Assembly (NCBI GenBank): GCA_964036045.1 | Contig: OZ038378.1 | Location: 193,130,001-193,194,000, forward strand | Reading direction: 5' to 3' | From: Eutreptiella sp. 'Long Island Sound 2002' | Taxonomy: Eukaryota; Protista; Euglenida | DNA: 64,000 bases | Part shown: piece after piece, positions 24,723 through 36,767 of the stretch | Position numbering within the stretch: position 1 is the first letter of the stretch | Layout of the letters: every line of letters begins with the position of its first letter | The notes under the pieces: generated by a model | The model's database searches: none | The model's input: the letters and a program-made list of their open reading frames with translations, nothing else | Told to the model about the DNA's origin: nothing | Program-made: the position numbers and the translations under genes

Positions 24723-25376
24723 GGGGGAGTATCCGCACCGCGCGCGCACCGCGTCCGCACCGCGTCAGGTATTTGAACAACTTCCCTAGGAGATGGTCTG
24801 GGAGAGGAGTTGTAAATGATACCTGGTGGGCTCTTGAGGCACTACCATTCCCCCTGATTGGCTCTGGATGATTGCTGTTATTTCCTGGTGGGCCTTGGAT
24901 GGTCATTGTTATTTCCTCACAGGCTCTGGATGGATGTTGTTCTTTCCTGGTGGGCTCTGGATGGTCACTGTTATTTTCTGATGGGCTCTGGATGGATGCT
25001 GTTATTTCCTGATGGGCCCTCTTGATGAAAGTGATGAAAGTGTCAGCGCTAACGTGTGAGGGCCCCCTTGGGCGAGCTCACATGCAAACAAAGTCGACAA
25101 AGCACACAGGACTGACATCCCTGCATGAAGCCATGAGAGAGACATGGCTCTGTTCAAACAAGGGGACAGAATTCTGCATTAAAATTTTGAAACCAACAGG
25201 CCTACAAACAAGGGAACATGACAAAAGACATTGCAAAAGCAAAAACAAGGCACACATGCAAATTGGGGATGTCTTGGCCCCCCAAAATGGGCGCAGTTGC
25301 CTTTAAACTCGCTGAAAGGGTATACAGAACAACCCCAGTACGCACACCGCGCGTGCACCGCGTCTGATACTCCCCC
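24723..25376. mobile_element. PIF/Harbinger-like MITE
   Basis: Perfect 11-bp TIR GGGGGAGTATC/GATACTCCCCC flanked by CAA on both sides (3-bp TSD). Subterminal GCACCGCG repeats at both ends. Confidence 0.55.
24860..25014. repeat. Five 31-bp tandem repeats with alternating variants, inside the MITE
   Basis: GGCTCTGGATG(GATG/GTCA)…TGTTATTTCCTG(G/A)TG units. Confidence 0.9.
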
Positions 25377-26795
25377 CAAAACCCCAATTTCCCCTCATGC
25401 CTCCGTTGTTGTCATCACCAAAAATGAACCCGGATGGGAGATCTCACCAGCACTCCGCATGTTGGATTCAGCTTTGCTGTGCAAATGTATGCTTTTCCCT
25501 TTGGCACCAAACTTGTTTCAGTTCCAATTGAGTGTCACCCTCAGAGGCATTGGAACATTCGTATTTGGCTGCATGTGTACTGCCAACTTGTGCTCCTCCA
25601 TGGGGGGTTGATATGAACAACATGCAAACAGAGCGCGACACACCGATGGAGTAAAATTGTTGAGCCATGAATCAATTTGGAATGAACAACCTGCGGCTTT
25701 GAATTCACCACTTGCTTTAATGTACCCCCACCCCCTTGCGCAAGCACGCTGAAAGTCAACAACAAAGAAAACAACGGTCAGACGGGATCCCCAAGTTTGG
25801 ACAAGGCCATGCTTGCATGCGAGGCGCGGTACCAAAAGAATGTACAAAGCGAAAACCTGCCCATACGCCACCTAACCACAATTGGATTGAGTTGGGAAGA
25901 GGACACAGTCCAAAGGAGCATGATGCTCAATCACATGCCTATTGCGCAGACACTTCACATGAAAGAAGTCATCTCCACGGGTCGAGAAGCACCAATGATT
26001 GTGGGGGGCACATGTTCACCGGTGGACCAGCTGTATGCCACAGCTGTCTGTGCCAGCGATAGCACCATCAGGCATGGCTGAAAATCACATCAAAACAAAC
26101 AGTATTGGGTTGCAATTGCAAGCACGGTATGAGCCGGAGGAACCACTACAAGCATGATCCAGCCCCCTTTTCCCCCGACAATTTGAGCATAAAATGCGTC
26201 ATGTTACATTTCTGGGGGGTACACAAACTTGGGGCGTGGTGGACCGAAACGGCGTCTGCTGCTTTGAACAGAGGAGCTGGCCTTTGCAGCACCAAAGATG
26301 CACAAGGGGTCTCCAGGGAAGTGGCAAGGAACGTGCAGCAATCTGCCCCAGATCAGTTTATTACATCGGCATGGTGCTTGCTTGCAGCACTTTATGTCCT
26401 TACTTTTGCAGCATCAGAGGGCTCCTTGCAAGCCCCAAGCACGTCTATAACAGCACCAAATGAAGGCTGAGGTGAGCTCAATGAGGCTAGGACTGGGGGA
26501 GGGGAGGGTGCCATGAACGCTGAACCTGGGGGGGGGGGGGCAGGCCAGCACAGATTCCCTGGACCCACAGCCAGGTCGTTCGGCTTTTCGGCTTGGAAGA
26601 GGCAAGAGTACCGTGTAGGCCAGAGCGAGCCTTTTTCCCTCCAAGTGTCTTGCGGTCTCCCGGGTATGGGTGGCTCAAAGGACAGGTGATGAGGGATGTG
26701 CCAAGGTGCACACCTCCACACATCACACCCGCCTACAATACCAACGCTGCTGACACCCAAGAGCGGGGACTTCGCAGCGCACTTGTAAAGACATA

Positions 26796-27537
26796 CCCCC
26801 CCCGGCCCCTTGTCGTTCCCCACCCCAGGGAAGACGGTCCCCCACCACCCCCTGGGGGACGGTCACCAAGTGACGGTCCCCCACCACCCCCTGGGGGACC
26901 GCACTACCACCGTACACACACATTTGCAGGCACAGAAATTGCAGCATAAAACGAACGAATTCAGCATAAGATACGTTCAAAGGGCTGCCAATGTACGGAA
27001 ACCTACTCCTTGACCGACTCGGTGTAAAATTTCTTGGTCCTGCTCCACTTCACCTTGAACTCTTGCACATGCTCTCCACTTTCCACTGGAATGCTTTGGG
27101 CAGCACTCTTGGGTGGTGGTTTTGCCTTCTTGGTAGAAGGCTTGGCAGGCGCAAGCAGATTTTTGGGAACCCATTTCCCTTCGGGAATGTCCCTTGTAAA
27201 ATACAACTTGTTCCCAAAACTGTGTCCCATACCCCATACACCACGGGCACTCTTCACCCACACAACCTCCGTGTCAGAATTCAGGTCACTATCATCATCC
27301 GTCACATTTGTCCGGTCCCAGGGGGAAACATGGTTGTGCTATCAAGTTCCATTTCAGCGAAAGTAAGCAAAATGTCCCGCAATGAGTGCAAGGGATACAA
27401 GTGGCAGTGCCCCACAACACAGTCACCCACACAACAACACACTGAGCCGCAACGAAAAATTTTGGGTTGACCAAGTGACGGTCCCCCACCCCCCCCTGGG
27501 GAACGACAAGGGGTGGGGAACGACAAGGGGGGGGGGG
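26796..27537. mobile_element. TA-flanked (Tc1/mariner-type) non-autonomous TIR element with an internal ORF fragment
   Basis: TA|CCCCCCCC…TTGTCGTTCCCCACCCC … GGGGTGGGGAACGACAAGGGGGGG|TA. Internal direct repeats CAAGTGACGGTCCCCCACC. Open frame at 27003-27305 (minus). Confidence 0.65.
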
Positions 27538-27651
27538 TATGAGGATCACAGTAACGGGACTTGCGGGCCCACTGAAGGCACTGACTGGGGTTCGGAATGG
27601 ATGGATTGAACGGGAGGTCCATCGGACCACCCATTCGCACGGGATGCGCAC

Positions 27652-27703
27652 CAAAGCGTCCCAATGACGTTCAGGCCGACGGTGAGGCTGTTGGTGTTGA
27701 CAG
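27652..27703 (-). CDS. Candidate isolated exon of an unidentified gene (xVNTNSLTVGLNVIGTLx)
   Basis: tgcag| acceptor and |gtgcgc donor; 14 of 16 whole codons end in G or C. Partner exons are uncertain. Confidence 0.4.
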
Positions 27704-28446
27704 CTGCATTTGCACGGACCCCCCCCACGCCTCCCATGACACGCCTCCGTTGAGCAGAACTGAGTCAGTCTGGCATGAGGCCAGGATCATGCTGGTTGCT
27801 TGAAAACCTGACGTCATGGCCATGACACGCCTCCGAGTGCCGCCTTTCAGCGACGGTCCTTCAGGACTGCCAGGGGAGTGATGACTCTGGGCCCAACGTC
27901 TCGTCAGTACCTTGTCAGCAAGCATGCCACCCCTCCAGGATGGGTTTTGCTTCGGAAAAAAAACTGGGGCGATCTGTTATCCAGCTCAGTGTTTAGGAGC
28001 GGCGGAGGCAGGTCTGCAAGGGAGTATCCGCACCGCGCGTGCCTTGTACAGCGGTTTGGACCAAAGCCGGGGTCCATGGCTTCCCCCGGAGCCCCTCAAG
28101 ACAACGTCCCTTGGAGGCTTCGGGACCCGCTGTCAAACCCCCCCCCCCGTGTCCAGCAAACAATAAAGTCCTCGAAAATTAAGGCCCGAACAGGAGTGTT
28201 GGTTGGACACGCCGTCCGGTACCTAATCAATTCGGCATGTGCCATTAGGTCCCAAAAATTTACGGTCCGAACGGAAGTGTTCGTTGGACCGTGCATTCGT
28301 TGGACACGGGGGGGGGGGGGGCTATCCTGGAACTTGTCCCTCTCTCTTCTCACACCCTCGAGTGACTCCCCTTCTCCTTTACACCCCAACTGCCCCTGTG
28401 GGCACGGCCGTGCTGTCCAGGACAACCACAGTGCACGACAAAGACG

Positions 28447-28450
<4 letters not shown>

Positions 28451-28500
<50 letters not shown>
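28451..28500. repeat. (GA)25 microsatellite
   Basis: Read directly from the sequence. Confidence 0.97.
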
Positions 28501-28505
<5 letters not shown>

Positions 28506-30135
28506 GGCGCACGGAGACAGCCGTGCCTGGGGCTCCCTCAGTGTCAAAGGAACAGGGTCGTCATGTCTGAAGATACATCTGTTTGGAGGCTAACGACCGC
28601 CGTTGAGAGCCCATTGACGGATGTCCGACTCACGTTTTTTTTTTTTGCTAAAAATACAAAGCGTCCGGGTGTCCCACACACTCTCTGCAGCCTGCGGCCG
28701 ATCAAACCAGGGGCTCGGTGGACGAGCGCTGGGCTTCGACCGCCAGAGGGAAAGGGCATGGTTGGAGATGTAGAGGGGGGGCGAAAGGGGTTAAGGCGGG
28801 AAGGGCGCGACTGCAGTGGGGAGGGCTAGCCCTAGAGGCAGAAGAGTGGGCGGGTCTGAATAGCTTGGACGGTCTAAATGGCGCTGCTCGATGCCTTGAA
28901 ACAGATAGTGAACAGGTGTGGACATTGTGCAAGTGGTGATGTGGTCGACTTCGGCACCGCTACCCCCGTTGGTGCTCCTCAACAAACCAGGAGGGTCCCC
29001 CCCGCAGATGGTAAAAGCAAGCGGGGATCAGCCTCGGACGTCAACATGCGGTAACACCAAGCCGAGGCTCGTTTGCGTTTGGGATGTGTTCGGGAAAGAT
29101 GGGAATGGGATAGCAACATTGGGTGTGTGGAGGGTCGTGCTGTGGCGGGGTGCGGTGGTGGGTGGGGGTCATGCGCCACTTCCATCGTGTTGCAAGTGGT
29201 GCCTCTGTGCATCCACTCCCTCATGGGACCGGCAGTGCTTTGCCTTCAGTCTGGCCGCAAGGTGTGCAACACCCAAATGGCAACACCACAACACTTTAGT
29301 TCCAGATCCACAGGTCAGACACACAGAAAAAGCAATAAAATCTGCGGGGATGTGAGGTGCTGTAGCCGCCCCCCCCCCCCCCACAACCGTGCACACCTTT
29401 CAGCGGAGCATGGAAGTACGTCGTTGCGTTTAGGTGAAGAAGCATGTATGGCGAGTGTAAAACAGGCGTTTTTTGTGGTCAATTTCGGCGGCCAGGGTAT
29501 CAACAAAATCCGTTTCAGAAAGAGCGATTATCAAATCAAGGTCAATGACAGCATTGACAAGATCCTGGGTTTCAACCCCAGTGTGTCCCCCTTCCAAGCC
29601 TGGTAGCCAAAATGAATGCAAACTATGTGGAGGCGTGAGCCAAGCTTTAAAAGTGCTATGTGACGCATTTTTAACCAAAGATAAAAAACCCATTTCAGAT
29701 AAATACTTTTCGAACCCCACCGGCTGGCTACGAAGGCCCCGGGTTTCAACTGGATCTAGGCAGAAAGGGCTGGTTTTCAGCATGAAAATGCCCCGCACAT
29801 CACCGCACAGCGATCCCCGTGAGAAGGTTTCGTATGGCAATCACTTTAAGGGGTTACAATGCACAAGTGGTGGGTTGGGGGAGGGGGGGGGGGGGGGCGA
29901 GAAGATGCTTGTACCAGGGCCAATTTGTGCAGCAATCCGCCCCCCGTGGCACCCACTCTTCTGCAGATGCCAACAGCCTGCCATCATTCCTGTGACGGCG
30001 AAGTCCGGAGGGCGATGGCAGAAATGATATTTGGGGCAAGGAGCTGCGGACCACCAGCGGAAACCGGGATTTCCAAGGCATTTGCCATGCAGGAACTTGC
30101 ACAACGGGGGCGCTGCGGCAGCTGTGTGCGGACTC

Positions 30136-30404
30136 CCACCCAACCCTCACCCAACCCTCACCCACCCCGCACCCACCCCTCACCCAACCCTCACCCAACC
30201 CTCACCCAACCCTCAGGCAACCCTCAGGCAACCCTCTCCACACCCTCACCACACCCACACCCAACCCTCACACAACCCTCACCCAGTCCTCAGCTACCCC
30301 TCACCCAACCCTCACCCACCCCCACCACACCCTCACCACACCCTCACCACACCCTCATCACACCCTCACCCAACCCTCACTACACTCTCATCAGCCCTCA
30401 CCAC
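30136..30404. repeat. Degenerate 11-bp C-rich tandem repeat (CAACCCTCACC)n
   Basis: About 24 units; the G-rich strand reads GGTGAGGGTTG. Confidence 0.9.
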
Positions 30405-32276
30405 AGGGTCGCAAGACATGCCACCGGCGTCTTGCGGGGAGACGGGGGTCTGGGTGGAAATCAGCCCCTTCCCGCATGCCTCGCATTACCGGCAGCGCCC
30501 AGTGCATGGCATCAACAGGCCTCACTTGATCCGTCTGACTTGGGGGACGGTAGTGGCACGTCTGGTGTTTCACGCGTGCACACGGCGACAGCCATTTGGT
30601 TTGATCGACTATGGGGGCGTTGCTGCACAGCGCAGGCACAGCGCCCAACAGTAAGTTAGCTTTCCTATGACCACCCTGAAAACCACCCACCACCACCGGG
30701 GAAGCCACGTCCACAGGGCAAAAACGGCAGATTTAGACAGCAATCTGGCATTTTCAGTGTGAAACATCGGCTGGTTGAACTCATTACCTGAGTTCTGGGA
30801 CTGAGTAAGAATCTGAGTAGTCCTGTGTCTGGGAACACAGTAGCTACTGAGGTCACCTTGGCCATCGGGGACAATGGGTGCAAAATAGCCCACTTTCCGC
30901 ACAGCGCGGGCACAGCGCACGGTGCGCCCCCTATGTACGGACAGGTTCGCTCAGGCCTTGCATCACTGCAGGGGATCCCCCGCCTGGAGGCCCATACCTG
31001 ACCCTTCCGCACTATCTGGGGGGCGGAGGGCCCAGAGGGGGTCCCTCGACAGGTCCGGTGTGGGCCCGCCACTGTGCTCCGGCCGCGCCTGCCTTCACAG
31101 GGCCTGCACCGCACCCTCAATTCCATCCACGTCCGCTCCAAAAGGTTCGTCTGGTATCGTGCCAACCGTTCGGCACCCCGACCTCCCTGACCGGGGGACG
31201 GGCATTGCCTTGGCCAACACCAGCGCCTGCGCTCGGGTGCTGTGCGCTGGGTGCTGGAGCGTGGGGCTGGTGGCGCACAGGCCGCGCCGCACGTGGGGCT
31301 GGCCCGTGCCCCGGGATGCACGTGCAGTCTGCTGGCCCCATTCGGCCCTACATCCGGTCACTCACTCAATGCTGTTCCATGGGTAGGGTCGGGTAGATTA
31401 TGAGTAGCCACAGGTCAACCGAGCTGGCCCCCTGCCACGGGGCCTGGCGCTCTATTATGAGTCCTTAGGTTTGAAACCCCCCCCTGAGGCGGTGGGAAGG
31501 GGGCAGGGCTCCTTTCAAGGGTGGGGTGGGTTGGTGGGTGGGTCCATCCCCCCCCCCCCCCCCCCCTCAAAGTGGTGCTGAATTTTTAGAGGCGCGAAAG
31601 GCGCCGAAGAAAATTTTTTGGTCTAAACTAATTGAAGCAATTCTTGATTGGTCAAAGGCCCGGAAGAAAATTGGGCCCAATATTTGAAGGGGCGGGGGGT
31701 GCCCCAGGGAAGGGTGAATGGGTGGTGTGGACCCCCAACCCACCCCAGCCCAACCCAACCCACCCCACCCCAGTGGTGCCAGTTGTAACCCCGGAGGGGG
31801 GGAGGCACAATGTTGGTCCGTCTCAGAAACTGGATGCCCCCGCCCAGGAAGTTCCAGCCAATGTTCTCAGTGTGCAATGATTCTGCCATCTATGGTACAC
31901 ATAACATACAGTAGGGACCTTCATATACACTGCAGGATGCCTTTTCATGTCTCTCTCCTGCTGTAACCTGTAAATCGCATGGTAATGTAGACAACCTGGA
32001 GTCCAAACCAGAAAATGCCTGCTGGGGTCCTGAGATAGTATAGCGGTCTAGGAAAAATCTCTTTCACTACAAGAGGGGGGGGGGCTAGGATGGGTGAGGG
32101 GGGGGGTCAGCCACCGGCCCGAGGGATGGAGAGAGGGGAGGGCTAGGGTGGGGGCAGGGGTGGGGGTGGGTGAGCGCCACCAGGCTGACGGTGTATTTAG
32201 CATTACAATTGCATGGCAGGACCACCAAGTCGGCGGTTCAAACCCGACCGACGCCCCTGCGCCGCCGTGCCCTGGG

Positions 32277-32630
32277 TCAATCAAAGAAGCAAAAGCAGCA
32301 CAGCCGGTCCTCCACCCGCTTCACGGGCAGTGCGCAGTTGTGGGGCGAGCTCTGGACGTGCATCGCGCCGCACTTCGCGCACGCGAGTAGACTGGGCCGC
32401 GGCCGCGCCGCGGGCGGGAGGGCGTCCCTGGGGCTAGAGGCCTGCACTGACCCGAGGCTGCTGAGGCCGTACGGGGGACCGCTGCCCGACCCCCGGGCGG
32501 ACTTCTGGAGGACCGCCAGCGCCTCGGAGGTGTGCGTCGTCTGGACCCGCAGCTCCGTCAACTGCCCCTGCGCGGACAGCAGCTCCTGCTTCATGTTGGC
32601 CAGGTCACGCTCCAGCACTGCAACGTCGGC
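32277..32630 (-). CDS. Coiled-coil protein, terminal exon (ends …CAKC…HNC…LCCFCFFD)
   Basis: Acceptor cctctcag|GCC, phase 0. Heptad pattern ADVAVLERDLANMKQELLSAQGQLTELR. GC3-rich codons; TGA at 32279-32277. Confidence 0.78.
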   Translation of the reverse strand, partial: ADVAVLERDLANMKQELLSAQGQLTELRVQTTHTSEALAVLQKSARGSGSGPPYGLSSLGSVQASSPRDALPPAARPRPSLLACAKCGAMHVQSSPHNCALPVKRVEDRLCCFCFFD

Positions 32631-33400
32631 CTGAGAGGCAGTGCGTTTATGTCTCAGCAATTTGAACACACACACTCCCCGCCTAGGAGCGGGGTACAGG
32701 CCCCACACCAGAGCCCTCGCGGGTGGGTCTCGCCTCAATCTGAGGCAGGGCCATGTATCCCGAGCTGGCCAGGGTAGTGGACACGCCAACCAGGAGGAAA
32801 AGCGGAGCCCCACACCCTACACACGGAAGGGGGCCCCGACCGGGAGCGTGCGTGGGTTGGGGGGGGGGGGGGGTCCCCACTCCCCTTACACGACGAGTGA
32901 AAAACAAAATCTAATTGATACCTGAATCGCTGACGTGGCTCATCGGATCAGAGGCATCACTCCGCTCTTGAAAGAACAGCTCCTCCCCAGTGCCATAGGT
33001 TGGGGGGTCTCGAGGGTGGGGTGGGGGGTGTTGGGGACTGGTCCTCCACGGAAATGCCCCCCGTGAGAAGGATCCACACAACATCCAAAACCAATGTGCG
33101 CATGCGGTACTCGGAGTGTGAATGGTGGAGATTGTGGACTTTGTCGCCGAATGGTGAGGCATACCATTGCCACACCACGCCCGCAGTCTCAGGTTCCAGA
33201 GTGAGGAACAGTCATCTGCTGTAGAAACGAGTTGAGGGGACAGTTTTCCTTTTTCAAATAAAACACGTGAGGGGCCTACTTTCCCTGCAACGTACCAACA
33301 TACTAACGACAGCGGCGCGGCCATCGCGCAGCGTAAACCACCCAGGACACCCACACAGGTGCACACGCCACCTTCGTCGACCGCACTGAGGGAGGCCGGA

Positions 33401-33602
33401 CAGGGCTTCTTTAGAATAATTAAAAACCAAAGGGGGGGGGGACCCCTCCCCCAAAACCCCCACCCCCCCTCCCCAGACCAAAGTGACCATAGTGGGAAAA
33501 AACGAAATTTGCAAGAGGGAAAATCTGGTCGGGCCATTTTTGGTACACCAAGTTTTGGGTCCAAAACCCCCTCCCCCCCCCCCCTGCTCAAAAGAAGCCC
33601 TG
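33401..33602. mobile_element. hAT-like MITE (CAGGG…CCCTG), 202 bp
   Basis: 12-bp perfect TIR CAGGGCTTCTTT. Flanks AGGCCGGA / AGGCCGGG (7/8 match). Body homologous to 42666, 50453 and 51234, in reverse orientation. Confidence 0.8.
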
Positions 33603-33639
33603 AGGCCGGGGGACGTCCTGGAGCGTTCCTACGCTCTTG

Positions 33640-34048
33640 GACCTGGAGGACCGCCACCGTCCCCTGTGGTGGGGGGTTTGTGCCCCACGCGCAGGCCAAC
33701 ACGGCGGGGACGCACAGGGTGGACCCCGGATGGAGGGGCGGAAGTGTTGGTCCGCACGCACACGGAAACGCAGCGAGGCATGTGGTGTACAACCTGAGTG
33801 CGGAGGGGAGTGGGCAGCAAAGACCGTAAAACGACCTCCACACTGACCACCACAGCAACCAGCACAACCCCCGGTGTGCCAACTACTAGGCTCCGCCGAC
33901 GCAGAAACGACACCAGCAGGAACACAGACCGCAGCGGCCGTTAGAATACAGCGACCCGACGCAGCACGCGAAGGGAAGACTGGGTGACTGTCCAGGGCCC
34001 CGTAAAGAAACAGCAACTTGACGGAATGTCACACGGGGGGGGGGGGGG
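33640..34048 (+). mobile_element. Short copy of the terminus of the 43250 element
   Basis: GGGTGACTGTCCAGGGCCCCGTAAAG…GACGGAATGTCACAC followed by G14. Confidence 0.7.
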
Positions 34049-35806
34049 CAGCAAAAAGATTCTGGCTGGGGGGTCCTTTCCCACCCTTGGTGCAGCCCTG
34101 CCCCAGCCACCCGCCGCCCGAGTTTCGGCTGTTTTGCCTATGGTGTTGAGGGTGGGGTGTGTGCTCCCTCTGTCGTAGGCCCTGGGGTCCCCAGCAGCGT
34201 ACTGAGACTGAGGGCCTTATTATCTTGGAGCCCTCGCTCAAACAGGTCTGGCACTCTGGTCCGGCACACTTCTTCATCCTTTCAATTGATCCGTGTATTC
34301 CCCCTAAACTAATGTCAGCCAGCCATACCCCCCCCATATCTCTCAGGTACCCGGGAAACACGCCAACACAGGGGGCTTTTTCAGGGTCGGTGACATTGTT
34401 GCCTCTTCGCGCCCACTGAGTGTCCTGTTTGGGGGAGGGGGGGGATATGGGTATATTTGGAAAGCCCTTGAAATTTTGGAGGATTTGGAACACCCTGGGT
34501 CTGCATGCTGAACTAACGGTATAATAGAGAAAACTCGTCCGTTTTGGATGATGCATAATTTGCCTGCCGCCTTTCTTTTTGTCAACATTCACTTGCCATG
34601 TCGGCATCTAAATTCTCACAATGTAATGCCGCCCCCCCTGACGCATCACAGAAGCCTTTGGTCTGAAAAAGGACACGTTCTGAAGGTGTACAATGGGTTG
34701 GTGTGGCCCTGAACAGACCTGGCAAGGCAAAGGAGGCCGGCAATTCCTAGTGAGCCGCATTGACGTGGCCTCGGGGGAAACTGTGCAGCATGCACAACGC
34801 CAAAGTACACATGAAAGAGGGGTCACCTGACCACCTGTTTCATCCCTTACCGTGGTGCACTTGGGCAGTTTTGCAGACCTCAGTTGTTGCACTAGTTCCG
34901 CATCCTGCAGGTCCCCTAGCAACCCCCAACGCGCTGTCAATGGCTCATTTGAATGCCCTTTTCCTGCGGGTTTGAAAAAGCATACAGGTACCCCACATGG
35001 GGACCACATTTTTCCATATTGGAGTGAAACCTGCAAAAATTCCCAAGAAGTGCCAGTTTGCTCCATGGTGGCGCATATGGACGGTCCTGAGAGTTATGTC
35101 TGCCAAGCCAAAATGCTCTCCCTCACATCTAGTCAGATGGACCATGCCGGACCCCGTCACGAAACATGTCAAGTGTGCCGCGTGTTGTGAATGTCAACTA
35201 ACAAGAAAGTCTGAGATGGCCCGCACATGCGATGAGCATGCACACCAAGAGGCACTGCGATCGCACGAGCTGACGCGAGACGACGACACCGCACCACCAT
35301 GTCTGCCCATGAGTTCTGCCAGCACAGGAACAGCACCCAGGCCCCATTCGCACACCGGGCGGCCTTTGGGCTGCGTTGCACAACATCCGCCGTCCACACG
35401 ATGGAGGACTTCCATGAACCTACGAATAACCTTTTTTTTTCACTTGAAAATTCTTTAAACTTAATCCAGAGCCCAGATAAAAGGAACTTTCATTTAATTG
35501 GAAGGCTATAATACCCAAATTAATGTCTTTTAAAATTCTACATAACGGGCGTCGCACCACAAGGGTGCATCGGCGGCATTTCCTGACCCGTATGGCGCAC
35601 ACACTCCTCTGCGCTCTACAATCCCCCGTTCTCGAGCGTGAGGGGGCGTCCGGCAACAAATGGGTACGCAGTGCGCGCCGCAGTGCCTCGCAGTCCCTCC
35701 ATGCGTCAATGTGCCTCCACAGGGACGTGCAAGTGAGCTGTAACACATCGTGACGCGGGATGTGGGGAGCGGTGCCCCGCACATGCGCAAAGGGCGGTCC
35801 TTTATG

Positions 35807-35888
35807 ACCCCGTCTAGCCCCGTCTAACCCCGTCTAACCCCATCCAACACTGGCTAACCCCGTCTAACCCCATCTAACCTCGTCTAAC
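35807..35888. repeat. 10-bp tandem repeat (ACCCCGTCTA)n
   Basis: About 8 degenerate units. Confidence 0.85.
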
Positions 35889-36093
35889 AGTGCTTTGGAC
35901 TAAGAGCAGAGTGAGGTTTGGGGTAGGGTCCCGGGACTTTCAGTGGTACAAAACGTTTGCACTTTGTGTGAGCCATGTGCAAAGGTGTCCCCATGGGTGT
36001 ATGCAGGCCACTCACCAAATCACAAAAAAGTAATGGGCGCTAGATCAACCCTTTTGTACCCCTCCCAAGCGGGAGGGGGGGCACGGGGTCCAC

Positions 36094-36767
36094 CTGCTGC
36101 TTCGCCGCCTCACCACTCGTCTGCTCCAGACTCTTAGCGAGTTCCCGCATCCGGGCCTCCTTCGTCGCCAGCCGGGCCACGGCGCGCGCATACTGCGTCA
36201 TCCACCGCGCGTTCTGCGTCCGGAGCTGCTGCGCCTGAGCCTTCAGGGCGGGCAGCGCCTCGGGGTCCGCCGGGGGCTCGAGGGCAGCGTCGCCGGCCTC
36301 GCTGACGCACGGGATGTCGCTCATGAAGCTCAGCTCCGACAGGAGGTCCTGGTGGGATCCCGGGGACGCGGGCCCAAGGCCCCAGGTCCGGCTGCTCCCC
36401 CTCCGCTCCATCGCCGCGTCTAGCTCCTCTCGCGAGGCGCTGGCGTCCCACGTGCCGCTGCCCTCACGCACCAGCACCGCCTCCAGCTCGTCCTTCCGCT
36501 TGCGCTGCTGCTCGAGGTCGCGCTGGTACTGCCCCTTGAGCCGCGTGGCGTCGTCCAGCATCTGCGAGGCCCCAGACAGCGCCTGCTCGGCGACGGTCGC
36601 GCGGTCTTGGGCCTGCCGCATCTGTTGCCGCAGCTGGTCGAGGTTGTCGCCGCTGCCGGAGTTCCGCAGTTCGGTGGCCCCGGTGGGGGGGCTGCCCGAG
36701 GCCTCCGAAGGCATGCCGATGTCTGCGGAGGCTCCCTTCGTGCGGGTCACCGTCCCCACATCCGCTG
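36094..36767 (-). CDS. Coiled-coil protein, large upstream exon
   Basis: About 225 GC3-rich codons with heptads (LDQLRQQMRQAQDRATVAEQAL…). An in-frame TAA lies just upstream, so the exon starts at acceptor ccgacag|. Donor CAG|gtggac (phase 0) matches the 32630 acceptor. The 5' end of the gene is unresolved. Confidence 0.8.

Noticed and set aside
32911-33882. 323-aa minus-strand ORF
   Set aside because: It runs through a MITE and another repeat copy; compositional artefact.
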